IMG/VR virus record: IMGVR_UViG_3300025030_000053
Coordinates: 1 to 64,000 of that record
DNA length: 64,000 nt
Reading direction: 5' to 3' (one strand)
DNA from: a virus
The notes beneath the pieces were generated by a model that was not told the origin of the DNA, did not search any database, and worked only from the letters and a program-made list of their open reading frames with translations. Of the stretch, positions 48,636 to 58,027 are shown in pieces. Made by a program: the position numbers and the translations under genes. Numbering within the stretch: position 1 is the first letter of the stretch; each line of letters opens with the position of its first letter.

Positions 48636-49443
48636 TTAAACTCGCTAGAATATTCTTTTGCATATTTTTAATGACATGTTCTCTATCAGTAGATTGAAGT
48701 GTAGAAATGATGTGCTCACACGGAATCTCAAAAGTTCTAAAATTACCTTCTACATATCTTGAACAAGTGCAGACTCTATTTTTTGAATCTACGCCTACCA
48801 ATTCCTTGTCATCTCTAACCGCAAAAACATTCTTTCTTTCAGTTCTTGAAATTTTGATAACTGGATATTTCACCTCTGCCAGCAAATAACTCTTCTGAAT
48901 TTCCCGATCAACGTGAGGAGACATTGCTTTGTGGAATGCATTTATAGCAGTAGGCTCATTTTTGCGATAATCAACATATCTCAATATTTCTTCAAAATTT
49001 GCTTCTTCATCTTTTGAGGAAAAAACAATCAAAGAATTTTTATATGTGTGGTCATTGGTTGCTAATTTCAAGAATTCCTTTGGGGACATAGACAATACCA
49101 ATGATTCTAGATGATCTTTAAGATCATCATATTTCTCTGGAATTTCATTTTTGACTTGTGCATATACTTCATTTGTAATTCTTTTCACATCTCCAACACT
49201 AGACCCTTCTGAAATTAACACATCCTGAGTATCGCTTTCGAAAAATCCAAGATCTTTGTATTTTTTTGCTTCCTTGAACAAATTTTCAATTTTTGTCATA
49301 GGATTGACAGAACTTTGCTTTGTCCAATTCAAATAGACATCAGATCTAACTTTTGGAAGTTTCGGCTCAACATAAACTTCTCGATTATCTTGGTTGGATT
49401 TTTTGATGAAATCCAGAATTGTGTTGTCAGTTTTTACGCTCAT
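48619..49443 (-). CDS. SWIM zinc-finger protein
   Basis: CTCSRY...PCEHII. Confidence 0.7.
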   Translation of the reverse strand: MSVKTDNTILDFIKKSNQDNREVYVEPKLPKVRSDVYLNWTKQSSVNPMTKIENLFKEAKKYKDLGFFESDTQDVLISEGSSVGDVKRITNEVYAQVKNEIPEKYDDLKDHLESLVLSMSPKEFLKLATNDHTYKNSLIVFSSKDEEANFEEILRYVDYRKNEPTAINAFHKAMSPHVDREIQKSYLLAEVKYPVIKISRTERKNVFAVRDDKELVGVDSKNRVCTCSRYVEGNFRTFEIPCEHIISTLQSTDREHVIKNMQKNILASLNETEE

Positions 49444-49469
49444 TGAAAACTCTCCTAATTAACTTTTTG

Positions 49470-49691
49470 TTATTTTCTATACTTCTGTGGGAGATTCCTT
49501 TCTTTTTTTAAATCTTTCCACCAAGTAGTTCCACAAAATGGACATTCAATTTCCCAGGAAATAACATCGCCAGATTTATCTTTGATTGCCCTAATTTCAA
49601 AAAGTCTTGAATTCATATTCGTACAAGGCTTTCCTCTTACCTCTTTTGATCTACAAGAAGTTATAACCGGTTGTTGTGGACTATTTCTCAT
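49470..49691 (-). CDS. Small zinc-ribbon protein
   Basis: C..C and ECPFCG; GGAGG RBS. Confidence 0.65.
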   Translation of the reverse strand: MRNSPQQPVITSCRSKEVRGKPCTNMNSRLFEIRAIKDKSGDVISWEIECPFCGTTWWKDLKKERNLPQKYRK

Positions 49692-50331
49692 TGTTCTCCT
49701 CCTTAAATTCTACCATCAATTCCTCCTTGGCAATCTCAATGCTGTTGGAAGTGAAAAATGCCACACAAAAACCAATAGCATCAGCTCGGTGGGTAAAAAT
49801 TCCAGTTTGTGTAATTCTACAATCTTTGAGAGAATTTGGAAAATATTCTTTTGCCTTTTTTTGAGTAGCAGTTTTCTTGTCTTTTCTAGCCATTCCTCCG
49901 GTGTTCGCAAAAACACATCCCATTGAAATTGTGTGAATGGGTTTGACCTCGGCTCCGACCATCAATGATGCAAATTTGATTATTCCGGTATTTTCCCCAA
50001 GTTTTTCTCTGGCGGGAGCATTGCCAAACCCGATAGATCTTTCCATCAATGAGGCTATAACAGGATTATATTTATTTTTTAGATCGTTTACAAAATTATA
50101 TATCGTGATCAATCTCTCTAAATCATCAGGTGGCATCAATTCTAACCCTGAGTCGATATATCTACCTTTTCCGTCTTTGTATTGCATTACTGCCCAGCCG
50201 AGATTTTTTGTTGTAGGCGGGTCAAAACCAAAAACAAAGCCTCCATCAATCAACTTGTCTTTGTTGATGATGAAGGCTGCTTGTTTATTAACTGGTGGAA
50301 TATCTCTGCTTCTGAATCTTTTCTTTCTCAT
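49681..50331 (-). CDS. ruvC: RuvC-like Holliday junction resolvase
   Basis: FGFDP..NLGWAV, LMER, ADAIG acidic catalytic motifs. Confidence 0.75.
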   Translation of the reverse strand: MRKKRFRSRDIPPVNKQAAFIINKDKLIDGGFVFGFDPPTTKNLGWAVMQYKDGKGRYIDSGLELMPPDDLERLITIYNFVNDLKNKYNPVIASLMERSIGFGNAPAREKLGENTGIIKFASLMVGAEVKPIHTISMGCVFANTGGMARKDKKTATQKKAKEYFPNSLKDCRITQTGIFTHRADAIGFCVAFFTSNSIEIAKEELMVEFKEENNEK

Positions 50332-50385
50332 AGCAAAGATATTATATAGAAAATATCAAAATATTATTGGATATATTGTATATTT

Positions 50386-51363
50386 TTAACTCAGGTCTAC
50401 TATCAGAGAATAGATTAAAAATTGATATGGAATATCTTCCCTAATTTTTTCATTATATTTTTCACATTTTTTCAAAATCTGGACGCATCTATTCAAATAT
50501 TTAGGATTTTTAAGTTTTTCGATAGTTTTATATATTCTATATGGATGAACTGAAAGTTTTGATTTTTTTTCTTCATCACCCTCTATCAAATATCCGAAAT
50601 TATTTTGCATTTGATAAACTTTTTGGAGAATCGCAGTAGGATTTTTGTTTTTCATAGAAGCTACAAGCATTCCCAACCTAGCTTCTGAAATCAGCAAACC
50701 AATGAACATCATCACATGGGTCAGATCGATCACAGTTCCATCAACTAGCGGAACGGCATCAAGAATACGCCCTTCAAAAACACAATCTATTAATTCCCAA
50801 GAATTCGCAATTTTAGATTTACATACAATTTTTTCTGCTATTTTTTCATCAATATCGTGCATCAATTTCAATTTTTCAATTTCTTGTTTAATTTTTTCTA
50901 TGTTTAATACTTTTGTTGCAACTTTGTTTCCTTTGTTGTTCTCAATATCTGCAAGGATGTATCCAGTTTTTCTGTATATTATCTGACAGATTTCATCTTC
51001 AAATCCAGATAGATTTTTGATTATATTGATGCATTTGTTTTCGTTTGATTGTTCTATATACCCACATTTAACAATTTCTTTGTTTTTGAAAAATGACAAT
51101 CTTTTGTCAATAGATTCAGAACAAATTGCTACATAATTGTTTTTAATTATATTTTTTTCAATAATTTCCAAATTAGAAATCATATCTTTGTTTGGATTTT
51201 TGATTATGTATATATTTTTTTCAAAACTAAATGGATTGATCAAATCTTCAATATCAGAAGACCGGTGCAAGAGTTTTATTTCTGCACCGGTCTCTGCCCC
51301 CCATTTTACTATTGCCGAATTTGCAATCGCAAAATCTCCTACGAAAAGTTTAATTTGACTCAT
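50386..51363 (-). CDS. holA: DNA polymerase III delta subunit-like protein
   Basis: IKQEIEKL, NSWELIDCV, VHPYRI; adjacent to dnaN and dnaX. Confidence 0.65.
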   Translation of the reverse strand: MSQIKLFVGDFAIANSAIVKWGAETGAEIKLLHRSSDIEDLINPFSFEKNIYIIKNPNKDMISNLEIIEKNIIKNNYVAICSESIDKRLSFFKNKEIVKCGYIEQSNENKCINIIKNLSGFEDEICQIIYRKTGYILADIENNKGNKVATKVLNIEKIKQEIEKLKLMHDIDEKIAEKIVCKSKIANSWELIDCVFEGRILDAVPLVDGTVIDLTHVMMFIGLLISEARLGMLVASMKNKNPTAILQKVYQMQNNFGYLIEGDEEKKSKLSVHPYRIYKTIEKLKNPKYLNRCVQILKKCEKYNEKIREDIPYQFLIYSLIVDLS

Positions 51364-52507
51364 CTTCGTCTTTCGCCAGTGTCAATATCAAATATCTCCA
51401 ATTGTCAGTTTCAAACATTACAAATAAATTCACAGATTGAATTCCAGATGGTGGTGTGATCAGACTAAATTTTACTTCCATCTCATCATATATTTTAATT
51501 CCTTCTATGATTCTGTGGAATGGGATAATTACTTTTAGATTTTCATCTTTCAATATTTCTACATCATCACAATTGATGACATCTTCCACCGAAGTTTTAG
51601 ATCCAACTGACTTGAATGCTAAATGATCTTTTTCCATAGAAAGCATCATTCTTTTCTTCAATCTATCTTCACTTCGAGTCAAAGCATCAGAAAGAGAAAG
51701 TTTATCAGTTATTTCTTTCAATGATATTGTAGCAGATGCAACCACCTCATCTGTAAAAAATACATCAAGATTGGGGAATTTTTCTCCATCTGACTCTTGG
51801 GCGCCGACATATACAAAATTGTCTTCACTTGAAAACTCCATCAGTTTGTCATCGCATCTTATTTTGACCTCGGCACCATAAGGCAACGACATAAGGTTGT
51901 CTAAACATTGTTTCGGAATGAAGCAAACAATCTCATCAAAATCACATTTGACATCAAAGTCTGTTTGAAACTTAGAAATTCTTCCAGTGTCTGTTGAATA
52001 TGTTTTCAACGATTTGTTGTCAATTGACAATCTGACACTTGTGATTGGAGATTTGTTTTTTGATGGATGAACCGAAAATGATGTTTTTTGAAGAGATTCA
52101 AGAAAATCAACAGAATTAATCTCCGCACCTTTTTCGCACATAGATGATGTATCTGGAATTTTTGGACAATGAAGGTTGTATCTACTAAATGAATATCTCC
52201 CTTTTTCTCCAGAAATACCGCACACAATTTTATCATCTTTGACAACAAATAAAATTGTATCTGATCGTATATTAGAAATAAATGCCTGAATTTCATTATA
52301 TGGCAAACACAGGATAATCTCATTGTCAGTTTTAGCTTTGTCTAGTGGATTAATCTGGCAAAAATTATTTCCATCACTAGCTACGAACTTGACTTGTCCG
52401 TCAGCAGAGATTTGCATCCAAAATACCTTGCTTTCAGATGCCCCAACAATTTTAGCAAGAGCAGATAAAGCCTCAGATATTGGGTCTTTTTCATAAGAGA
52501 ATTTCAT
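51350..52507 (-). CDS. dnaN: DNA polymerase III beta sliding clamp
   Basis: VASDG, YSTDTGRIS, FIPK, KFPN; 385 aa. Confidence 0.8.
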   Translation of the reverse strand: MKFSYEKDPISEALSALAKIVGASESKVFWMQISADGQVKFVASDGNNFCQINPLDKAKTDNEIILCLPYNEIQAFISNIRSDTILFVVKDDKIVCGISGEKGRYSFSRYNLHCPKIPDTSSMCEKGAEINSVDFLESLQKTSFSVHPSKNKSPITSVRLSIDNKSLKTYSTDTGRISKFQTDFDVKCDFDEIVCFIPKQCLDNLMSLPYGAEVKIRCDDKLMEFSSEDNFVYVGAQESDGEKFPNLDVFFTDEVVASATISLKEITDKLSLSDALTRSEDRLKKRMMLSMEKDHLAFKSVGSKTSVEDVINCDDVEILKDENLKVIIPFHRIIEGIKIYDEMEVKFSLITPPSGIQSVNLFVMFETDNWRYLILTLAKDEDESN

Positions 52508-52518
52508 TTCATTTTCCT

Positions 52519-53382
52519 TTATTGTCTTTTTTTAGAACGATATATAATCGTAGATATAGATGTCGGATCAATTTCACTAAAAATTTTACTTGCTTTTTTT
52601 CTAATTCTTCCAAGACTATTATCAACACATTTTACGGATATTTCAAGTTTTTCTGCAATTTCTCTGTATGGGTCGCCACGGTCATACCCATCGAGCACCG
52701 CGCATTCCAATTGCGTCAATTCTGAGTCTAAAAAGTGTCTAATTTTATATTTTTCTTCATTTTCTATAATCATTTGCAATGGATCCATATCAGAAGATTC
52801 TATTAGATCGCCAATAGTTTGAGAAGAATTTTCTTCCTGGCTGGATACTACTTGAACGTCAAGAGATGTAGCAGTATTTAATGGAATAGATTTTTGTCTT
52901 TTTATAGACCTATCAAGTTGAGTTAATATTCCTCTTTTGACACATAATCTTATTGCGAAATTTTCAAACGAAATATTTTTGTCATATAAATAGTCTCTTG
53001 CCGCATTATATAATATTATTCTTGATTCCTGAAATAAATCTTCTTGATCTTTACCTTGAACATAATATTTTTTGCAGATAGATTTGATGTATTGCTCCAT
53101 ATATTTTATTAATTGATCAAATGAATCTTCATCATATCCTGATATAATTTTTTCTGATTTATATTTTCCAACTATTTTTGATACTACAAATTTATCTTTG
53201 TTGTTTGATTCTTCAAATCTGTGTTTGATATCGGAATCAATAATATATACTATTTTCCGTCCTGATTTATATTCTACGCATAAAACATCATTGACTATTG
53301 AATATTTAGATATTCGAGATCCTTGTTTAATGTTTTCAACAAGTTTCAAAATTTTATCACTGGAATATTTGCGAAATGCCAT
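52519..53382 (-). CDS. SigH-like RNA polymerase sigma factor with ~80-aa N-terminal extension
   Basis: YYVQGKDQEDLFQE..LYNAARDY..SFENFA..RQKSIPLNTATSLD; LTQLE..YREIAEKLEISVKCVDNSLGRIRKK. Confidence 0.88.
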   Translation of the reverse strand: MAFRKYSSDKILKLVENIKQGSRISKYSIVNDVLCVEYKSGRKIVYIIDSDIKHRFEESNNKDKFVVSKIVGKYKSEKIISGYDEDSFDQLIKYMEQYIKSICKKYYVQGKDQEDLFQESRIILYNAARDYLYDKNISFENFAIRLCVKRGILTQLDRSIKRQKSIPLNTATSLDVQVVSSQEENSSQTIGDLIESSDMDPLQMIIENEEKYKIRHFLDSELTQLECAVLDGYDRGDPYREIAEKLEISVKCVDNSLGRIRKKASKIFSEIDPTSISTIIYRSKKRQ

Positions 53383-54489
53383 TCAGTCCTCCAAAAATTC
53401 ATCATCTCTCAAAGCTAATGAGAGATCTATCAAACCATTTGTGAGTACAAGATCCTTGGCAACATTTCTATAATTAATTGCCTCAAACAAGGATATAATA
53501 ACCTTCGAAGCTTTGCGAATCCTCTTTTTCAAAGATTTTTGTGGAATATTTTTCAAAATCGATTCCATTTTAGATATAGAAACTGGATCAACATCTAATT
53601 TTACCCCAGCGATGAACCGAATCAGATTCGACACATCCAAACTCAATTGTTTCAAAACTAAAATCAAATTTTTCCCTTGGGAATTCAGGATGTCGACAAT
53701 GTTGATCAGATATTCTATATTCCCACTTGAAGCCCCTAAAAGAATGTCCAAACTCAAAGCCCTGGGTGTAATTTTCAAAATAGTTTCTACATTATCTACA
53801 TTGATTTCGTCGCTGCATATCTGCTCCAACAACTTTATTGATTTTCTTGGAGAGCCATCAGAGACCATCGCAATCATTTTCAATGCTTCTGCTGAATATT
53901 CAAAATTTTCTTGCTGACATATCTTTTCAAGATTTTCTGTCAATACTTCTTCGGAAACTCTGTCAAATGACCACTCTTGAGCCCGGCAGGAAATTGTGTC
54001 AATGATCTTGTCTACCTCTGTTGTGCAAAGAATGAAAACTACATGATCTGGCGCTTCTTCGAGCGGTTTCAAAAGGGCATTTTGTCCTTGTGATGAAAGA
54101 CAATGTGCCTCATCGAGCAGGAATACTCTGTACTTTCCCAATACTGGCATCAAATGATATTTTTCATCAATCATTCTTCGTACATCATCAATTCCTGTTT
54201 TTTCTGCAACATTGATCTCTTCGACATCCATAGAAGTAGATTGTGCTATTCTCTTGCAGCTTTCGCACGATCCGCAAGGCTCTTGATCATCTGATAAATT
54301 CTGACAATTCAAAGCCATCGCATATAGCCTCGCCAAAGACGTTTTACCAATTCCAGTCCAACCTGTGAATATCAATGTATTTGGAATTCTTTGATATTTG
54401 ATTGAATTTTTCAATGCTTTGACAATGTGTGGTTGAAACATATCGTCAAATTTTTTAGGACGATATTTCAAATCAAGTGGAACGTTCAA
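53383..54489 (-). CDS. dnaX: DNA polymerase III gamma/tau clamp-loader ATPase
   Basis: LKYRPKKF, GIGKTSLAR, PCGSCESC, LDEAH, NALLKPLEE. Confidence 0.93.
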   Translation of the reverse strand: MNVPLDLKYRPKKFDDMFQPHIVKALKNSIKYQRIPNTLIFTGWTGIGKTSLARLYAMALNCQNLSDDQEPCGSCESCKRIAQSTSMDVEEINVAEKTGIDDVRRMIDEKYHLMPVLGKYRVFLLDEAHCLSSQGQNALLKPLEEAPDHVVFILCTTEVDKIIDTISCRAQEWSFDRVSEEVLTENLEKICQQENFEYSAEALKMIAMVSDGSPRKSIKLLEQICSDEINVDNVETILKITPRALSLDILLGASSGNIEYLINIVDILNSQGKNLILVLKQLSLDVSNLIRFIAGVKLDVDPVSISKMESILKNIPQKSLKKRIRKASKVIISLFEAINYRNVAKDLVLTNGLIDLSLALRDDEFLED

Positions 54490-54500
54490 TTCATTTTCTC

Positions 54501-54743
54501 CTAATTAATCGGATGTTCGTGCATATATTTTGTAATTTTATAGGAATATTCTGGAATATCAAAAATTAATTCTTCAGGTACTCCTATGTCTATCAATCCA
54601 TCTTTGAAAGATTGATTTGCAGAATAATAATCATAATTATTTTTAGATATAAAATATTTAATTAAATATATATCAATCAGGGATTCTCTTCCGGATTGTG
54701 TCGGAAGAGCATTAAGCACGACACTCTTCAAATCACTCATCAT
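54501..54743 (-). CDS. Hypothetical protein
   Basis: AAGGAG RBS; start overlaps the upstream stop. Confidence 0.6.
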   Translation of the reverse strand: MMSDLKSVVLNALPTQSGRESLIDIYLIKYFISKNNYDYYSANQSFKDGLIDIGVPEELIFDIPEYSYKITKYMHEHPIN

Positions 54744-54925
54744 TTTCTCCTTTGATTCTCTTCTCTGGCAATGTCTTTGAATTCTTTCCAAGCTCTATCA
54801 CTCAATTCTGGCAGTTTTTCTTTGACTTTATTCAAAAATTTTTTTTCAGATGGGAGGGCTCCCCCGGCATATTTTACTGCTTGCAGCACACCAGATTCAA
54901 GTCCCCAGTCGAAATTCTCTTCCAT
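54740..54925 (-). CDS. Small hypothetical protein
   Basis: GGAGG RBS; 61 aa. Confidence 0.6.
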   Translation of the reverse strand: MEENFDWGLESGVLQAVKYAGGALPSEKKFLNKVKEKLPELSDRAWKEFKDIAREENQRRK

Positions 54926-54957
54926 AATTGCCTCCGAATAGATATTCTACTCAATTA

Positions 54958-55437
54958 TTAAGGAATTTTAAATGATGAAAATTTAGTCTCATTTCCGTCA
55001 TTTTTGAAAATAACTATTGCCAAAGGTTGCGGTAATCCATGTGTGGCACTACAAAATTTAGGACGGCCTTCAATAAATCTTACTTCTGACGCCCTCATGC
55101 AATAATTATGCCACCATTTGGTATTTGTTCTGGATGGAATTAACATCACAACGACACAATCTAATCTTCTAGATTCATCATATGATTTTTTGACCCATTT
55201 CTGTAAAGAATGTTTTCCATAATTTCCATAAGGAGGATTCAACCATCCTATTCCAGCCCATGACTGCGACATCGCATCTTTCTTCTCGTCAAAAAATACT
55301 CCACATTTAGAATTATTTTCATCAGCAGCTAAATCTATATCAAATTTAAATTCTTGATCAAGAAGAAAATAAATATTATTAGGAGTTATCCAATCTTGTT
55401 TTTTACTATTGAATCTTCCATTTTTAAAGTCAGCCAT
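54958..55437 (-). CDS. Phage N6-adenine DNA methyltransferase
   Basis: DWITP, FDIDLAA, WLNPPYG, LIPSRTNTKWWH, VRFIEGR. Confidence 0.88.
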   Translation of the reverse strand: MADFKNGRFNSKKQDWITPNNIYFLLDQEFKFDIDLAADENNSKCGVFFDEKKDAMSQSWAGIGWLNPPYGNYGKHSLQKWVKKSYDESRRLDCVVVMLIPSRTNTKWWHNYCMRASEVRFIEGRPKFCSATHGLPQPLAIVIFKNDGNETKFSSFKIP

Positions 55438-56565
55438 TCAAATTCCTTTTCTTCCTGTTAATTTCTCTTGTTCCAATGATTTCTCAATTTTTATTTTCGC
55501 CTCATCAATCATTGGCTGGTTTCCCCAAATCCATCTAAAATTTTTGTAAATTTTACCAGAATTACAAGCTGATGTAATTCTGCCACATGCATTCGATGGT
55601 TTTAGTCCTATTTCTTGACCCGCATCTGTCATAGATTTATATTCTTTTTTATTTCCATTTTGATCTATTCTTAGAACAGATTTTTTGTATTGATTTCTTA
55701 ATTTATTAATACCAGGATTCATTGCAAAAAATGCTTTGCAATTTTCCTTTTGAGTCATCCATTCCAAGTTCTCTGCTCGATTGTCATATTTGATGTGATT
55801 GATGTGATTCACGACGAAATCTTCTGGATTGTCAATTGGGTGGAAGGCTTGACAAACGAGACGATGACATTTTATTCTTAAATGTTTTTGAGAAAACATC
55901 ATATATCCATTTTTACATTTAGACCCAAATGTTCTAGATAATTTTTTATTTTCATATCTTCCCATATTAGATATTTTCCATATGTATTCTCTATAAAATA
56001 TTTCTTTCCAAATTTCCCCATCTAAATCTTCATCAATTTTATATTTCCAAATAAATCCATATGCAGTTTTTTCTCGCCCACTAGCGGCGGCAGAAATTAA
56101 GGATACTGCACGTTTTGAATGTGGACGAACTGCCATCGTAGCCTCTTTAATAGAGGAATATTCTTTGATAAATATATAATGAAGATCATATTGCATGACA
56201 CTTCTGATATATTTATCTTTTTTATTTTTAATACTTAATTGTGAATTTTCTCTTTTAGTAGTTATTTTTAAATTATAAAATTCACAATTACTTCTGTTAG
56301 AATCTATATGATGAATAACTAAATTATCATCTTTTATTTGTTCATCAGTATAATTTAAAAAATATTTTGCTACTAAAATATGTGTCTGTTTAAAATAATA
56401 TTTTTTATCAGATCCGTATAGAGAATTTACTATATATCCTAATGAATTTTTGCTTTTGATATGAATATAATTATTGTTATTACTTCTTATATATCCATTA
56501 TTAGAAATAGAATATTTCTCAAATGGATATTCCATATTTTTCCATTCTATTTTTTGCCCTTCCAT
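55438..56565 (-). CDS. HNH homing endonuclease (NUMOD4/HNH/NUMOD1)
   Basis: Two HNH domains; TAYGFIWKY; paralog of 38053..39084. Confidence 0.9.
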   Translation of the reverse strand: MEGQKIEWKNMEYPFEKYSISNNGYIRSNNNNYIHIKSKNSLGYIVNSLYGSDKKYYFKQTHILVAKYFLNYTDEQIKDDNLVIHHIDSNRSNCEFYNLKITTKRENSQLSIKNKKDKYIRSVMQYDLHYIFIKEYSSIKEATMAVRPHSKRAVSLISAAASGREKTAYGFIWKYKIDEDLDGEIWKEIFYREYIWKISNMGRYENKKLSRTFGSKCKNGYMMFSQKHLRIKCHRLVCQAFHPIDNPEDFVVNHINHIKYDNRAENLEWMTQKENCKAFFAMNPGINKLRNQYKKSVLRIDQNGNKKEYKSMTDAGQEIGLKPSNACGRITSACNSGKIYKNFRWIWGNQPMIDEAKIKIEKSLEQEKLTGRKGI

Positions 56566-56737
56566 TAGAATCCTCCAAAAATCGTTCAATTTCGGAGATT
56601 CTATATCTGCGATGCCCACCAGCAGTTCTTAATGCTATAAATTTACCAGAATTATCCCATTTTAATAATGTATCAGGATGTACCCCTAGTAATTTTGCTG
56701 CTTTGCTTACTGATATCAGTATTGAATCATTTTCCAT
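56519..56737 (-). CDS. MerR-type HTH protein (IS607 TnpA N-terminus-like)
   Basis: [21 protein letters not shown]....RTAGGHRRY. Confidence 0.85.
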   Translation of the reverse strand: MENDSILISVSKAAKLLGVHPDTLLKWDNSGKFIALRTAGGHRRYRISEIERFLEDSNGRAKNRMEKYGISI

Positions 56738-56795
56738 ACTTAATCTCCGTATATATTATACTATGATTTTCAGAGAAATACCTACTTTTAATATT

Positions 56796-57095
56796 TTATA
56801 TTAGAATCCCATCTACAACTTCTTGCCTATAAACTTCTAAATCTTCTATGCCGCCGGGAAAATCTCGATGAATCCTTGGTTCTGCAAGAGGGTCCTTGAT
56901 AGTCATCATCAAACAAACATCTTTTGAGGGAGGATCTTCTGGTTTGTCGTATTGGGTTTTGATTTCTGCACCATTCTTCCAAGTTTGCACTACTGCTGTC
57001 TCCCACGCTTCAGGCAATGTATCTGCCACAACGTGTAGGACTGGCAACGTCAAACCAGGTACGCAAAAATATACTGCTTCATTTTTTGTTTTCAT
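56796..57095 (-). pseudogene. N-terminal fragment of an archaeal-type thymidylate synthase-like gene
   Basis: TLPEAWETAV..W..G..IKTQYD...SKD...I.DPLAEPRIH..FPGG..L..Y.QEVVDGI, then a stop at an AT-rich cassette; no catalytic PPC motif. Confidence 0.6.
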
Positions 57096-57432
57096 TGTAT
57101 TTTTCTGTCAGCCAAATATCGTGTTCTTGGTCAAATTTTTTACATTTAATTTCATCAGCATATATAGTATGCATCAATGTATCTATAAATTCTGATGACA
57201 TAAGATATTCTTTTAATTCTTCTTCTGTACTCAAATATTTAATATCCATAGATACTATCCAACTTTTACATTTTGGATCGTATTTGGCTATCGCCATTCC
57301 AGGAGCGATTCCACCAGTGAAATATTTATTAATCATTCTAACAATATATTCTCTGCACTTATATGGTTTATTGGTATCAACTAATTTATTATCTTTTCTG
57401 CTCGAAACTCTATATTCTTCAAATACATTCAT
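57079..57432 (-). CDS. Hypothetical protein
   Basis: 117-aa ORF with AGGAG RBS. Confidence 0.65.
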   Translation of the reverse strand: MNVFEEYRVSSRKDNKLVDTNKPYKCREYIVRMINKYFTGGIAPGMAIAKYDPKCKSWIVSMDIKYLSTEEELKEYLMSSEFIDTLMHTIYADEIKCKKFDQEHDIWLTEKYNENKK

Positions 57433-57442
57433 TTCATTTCTC

Positions 57443-57961
57443 CTAATTCTGTTTCAAAAGTTTCACTTTTGGCTGCTCTCTAATTTCCTCAACTTCTTCT
57501 TCCTCCTCAGTTTCCTGTCCTGGAAGAGCCATCTTTTCAGAAACCTCATCTGAAAGCAATTCTGGAAGAACATTCCCAATGTCTGCTTCTAATTCCCAAT
57601 TCCATCCAAGCAACTCAAACACACAGGAATGCCCAACAATGTCTGGTTTTATTTTTGCTATTTGTAGCAATGATTCAAAAACTTTCCATTCTTTCTTCTG
57701 TTTTGACCAGGAATCCCATTTTTCATCCCACACTGCTAAACAAAACAACTTCTTGGTGTGTTTTTGCACCCATTGTTTGGAATTTTTGTCAATATACACA
57801 TCTTGTGAATTTTTCGGTTTATTTCCAGCAATCAACGCACACCATATATCACTAGGATCCACATATTCTTCACCCATAGAACTTCCATATTTTTGAGTGA
57901 TTTCTTCAAGGATGTCAGCCATTTCAGTACATTCGTAAAATTGTCTTTGTTGTCGAGCCAT
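57443..57961 (-). CDS. Phage putative metallopeptidase-like protein, HELxH motif degenerate
   Basis: FCLAVWDEKWDSWSKQKKEWKVFESLLQI..KPDI pattern. Confidence 0.5.
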   Translation of the reverse strand: MARQQRQFYECTEMADILEEITQKYGSSMGEEYVDPSDIWCALIAGNKPKNSQDVYIDKNSKQWVQKHTKKLFCLAVWDEKWDSWSKQKKEWKVFESLLQIAKIKPDIVGHSCVFELLGWNWELEADIGNVLPELLSDEVSEKMALPGQETEEEEEVEEIREQPKVKLLKQN

Positions 57962-58027
57962 TTCATTTCCCTTTCGTCAATTCAAAATCTCAATGCTGTT
58001 ATAGATTACTGGGGACTGATGGCAAAA

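Noticed and set aside
56519-56737. IS607 element
   Set aside because: Only the HTH is present; there is no serine recombinase domain or TnpB.
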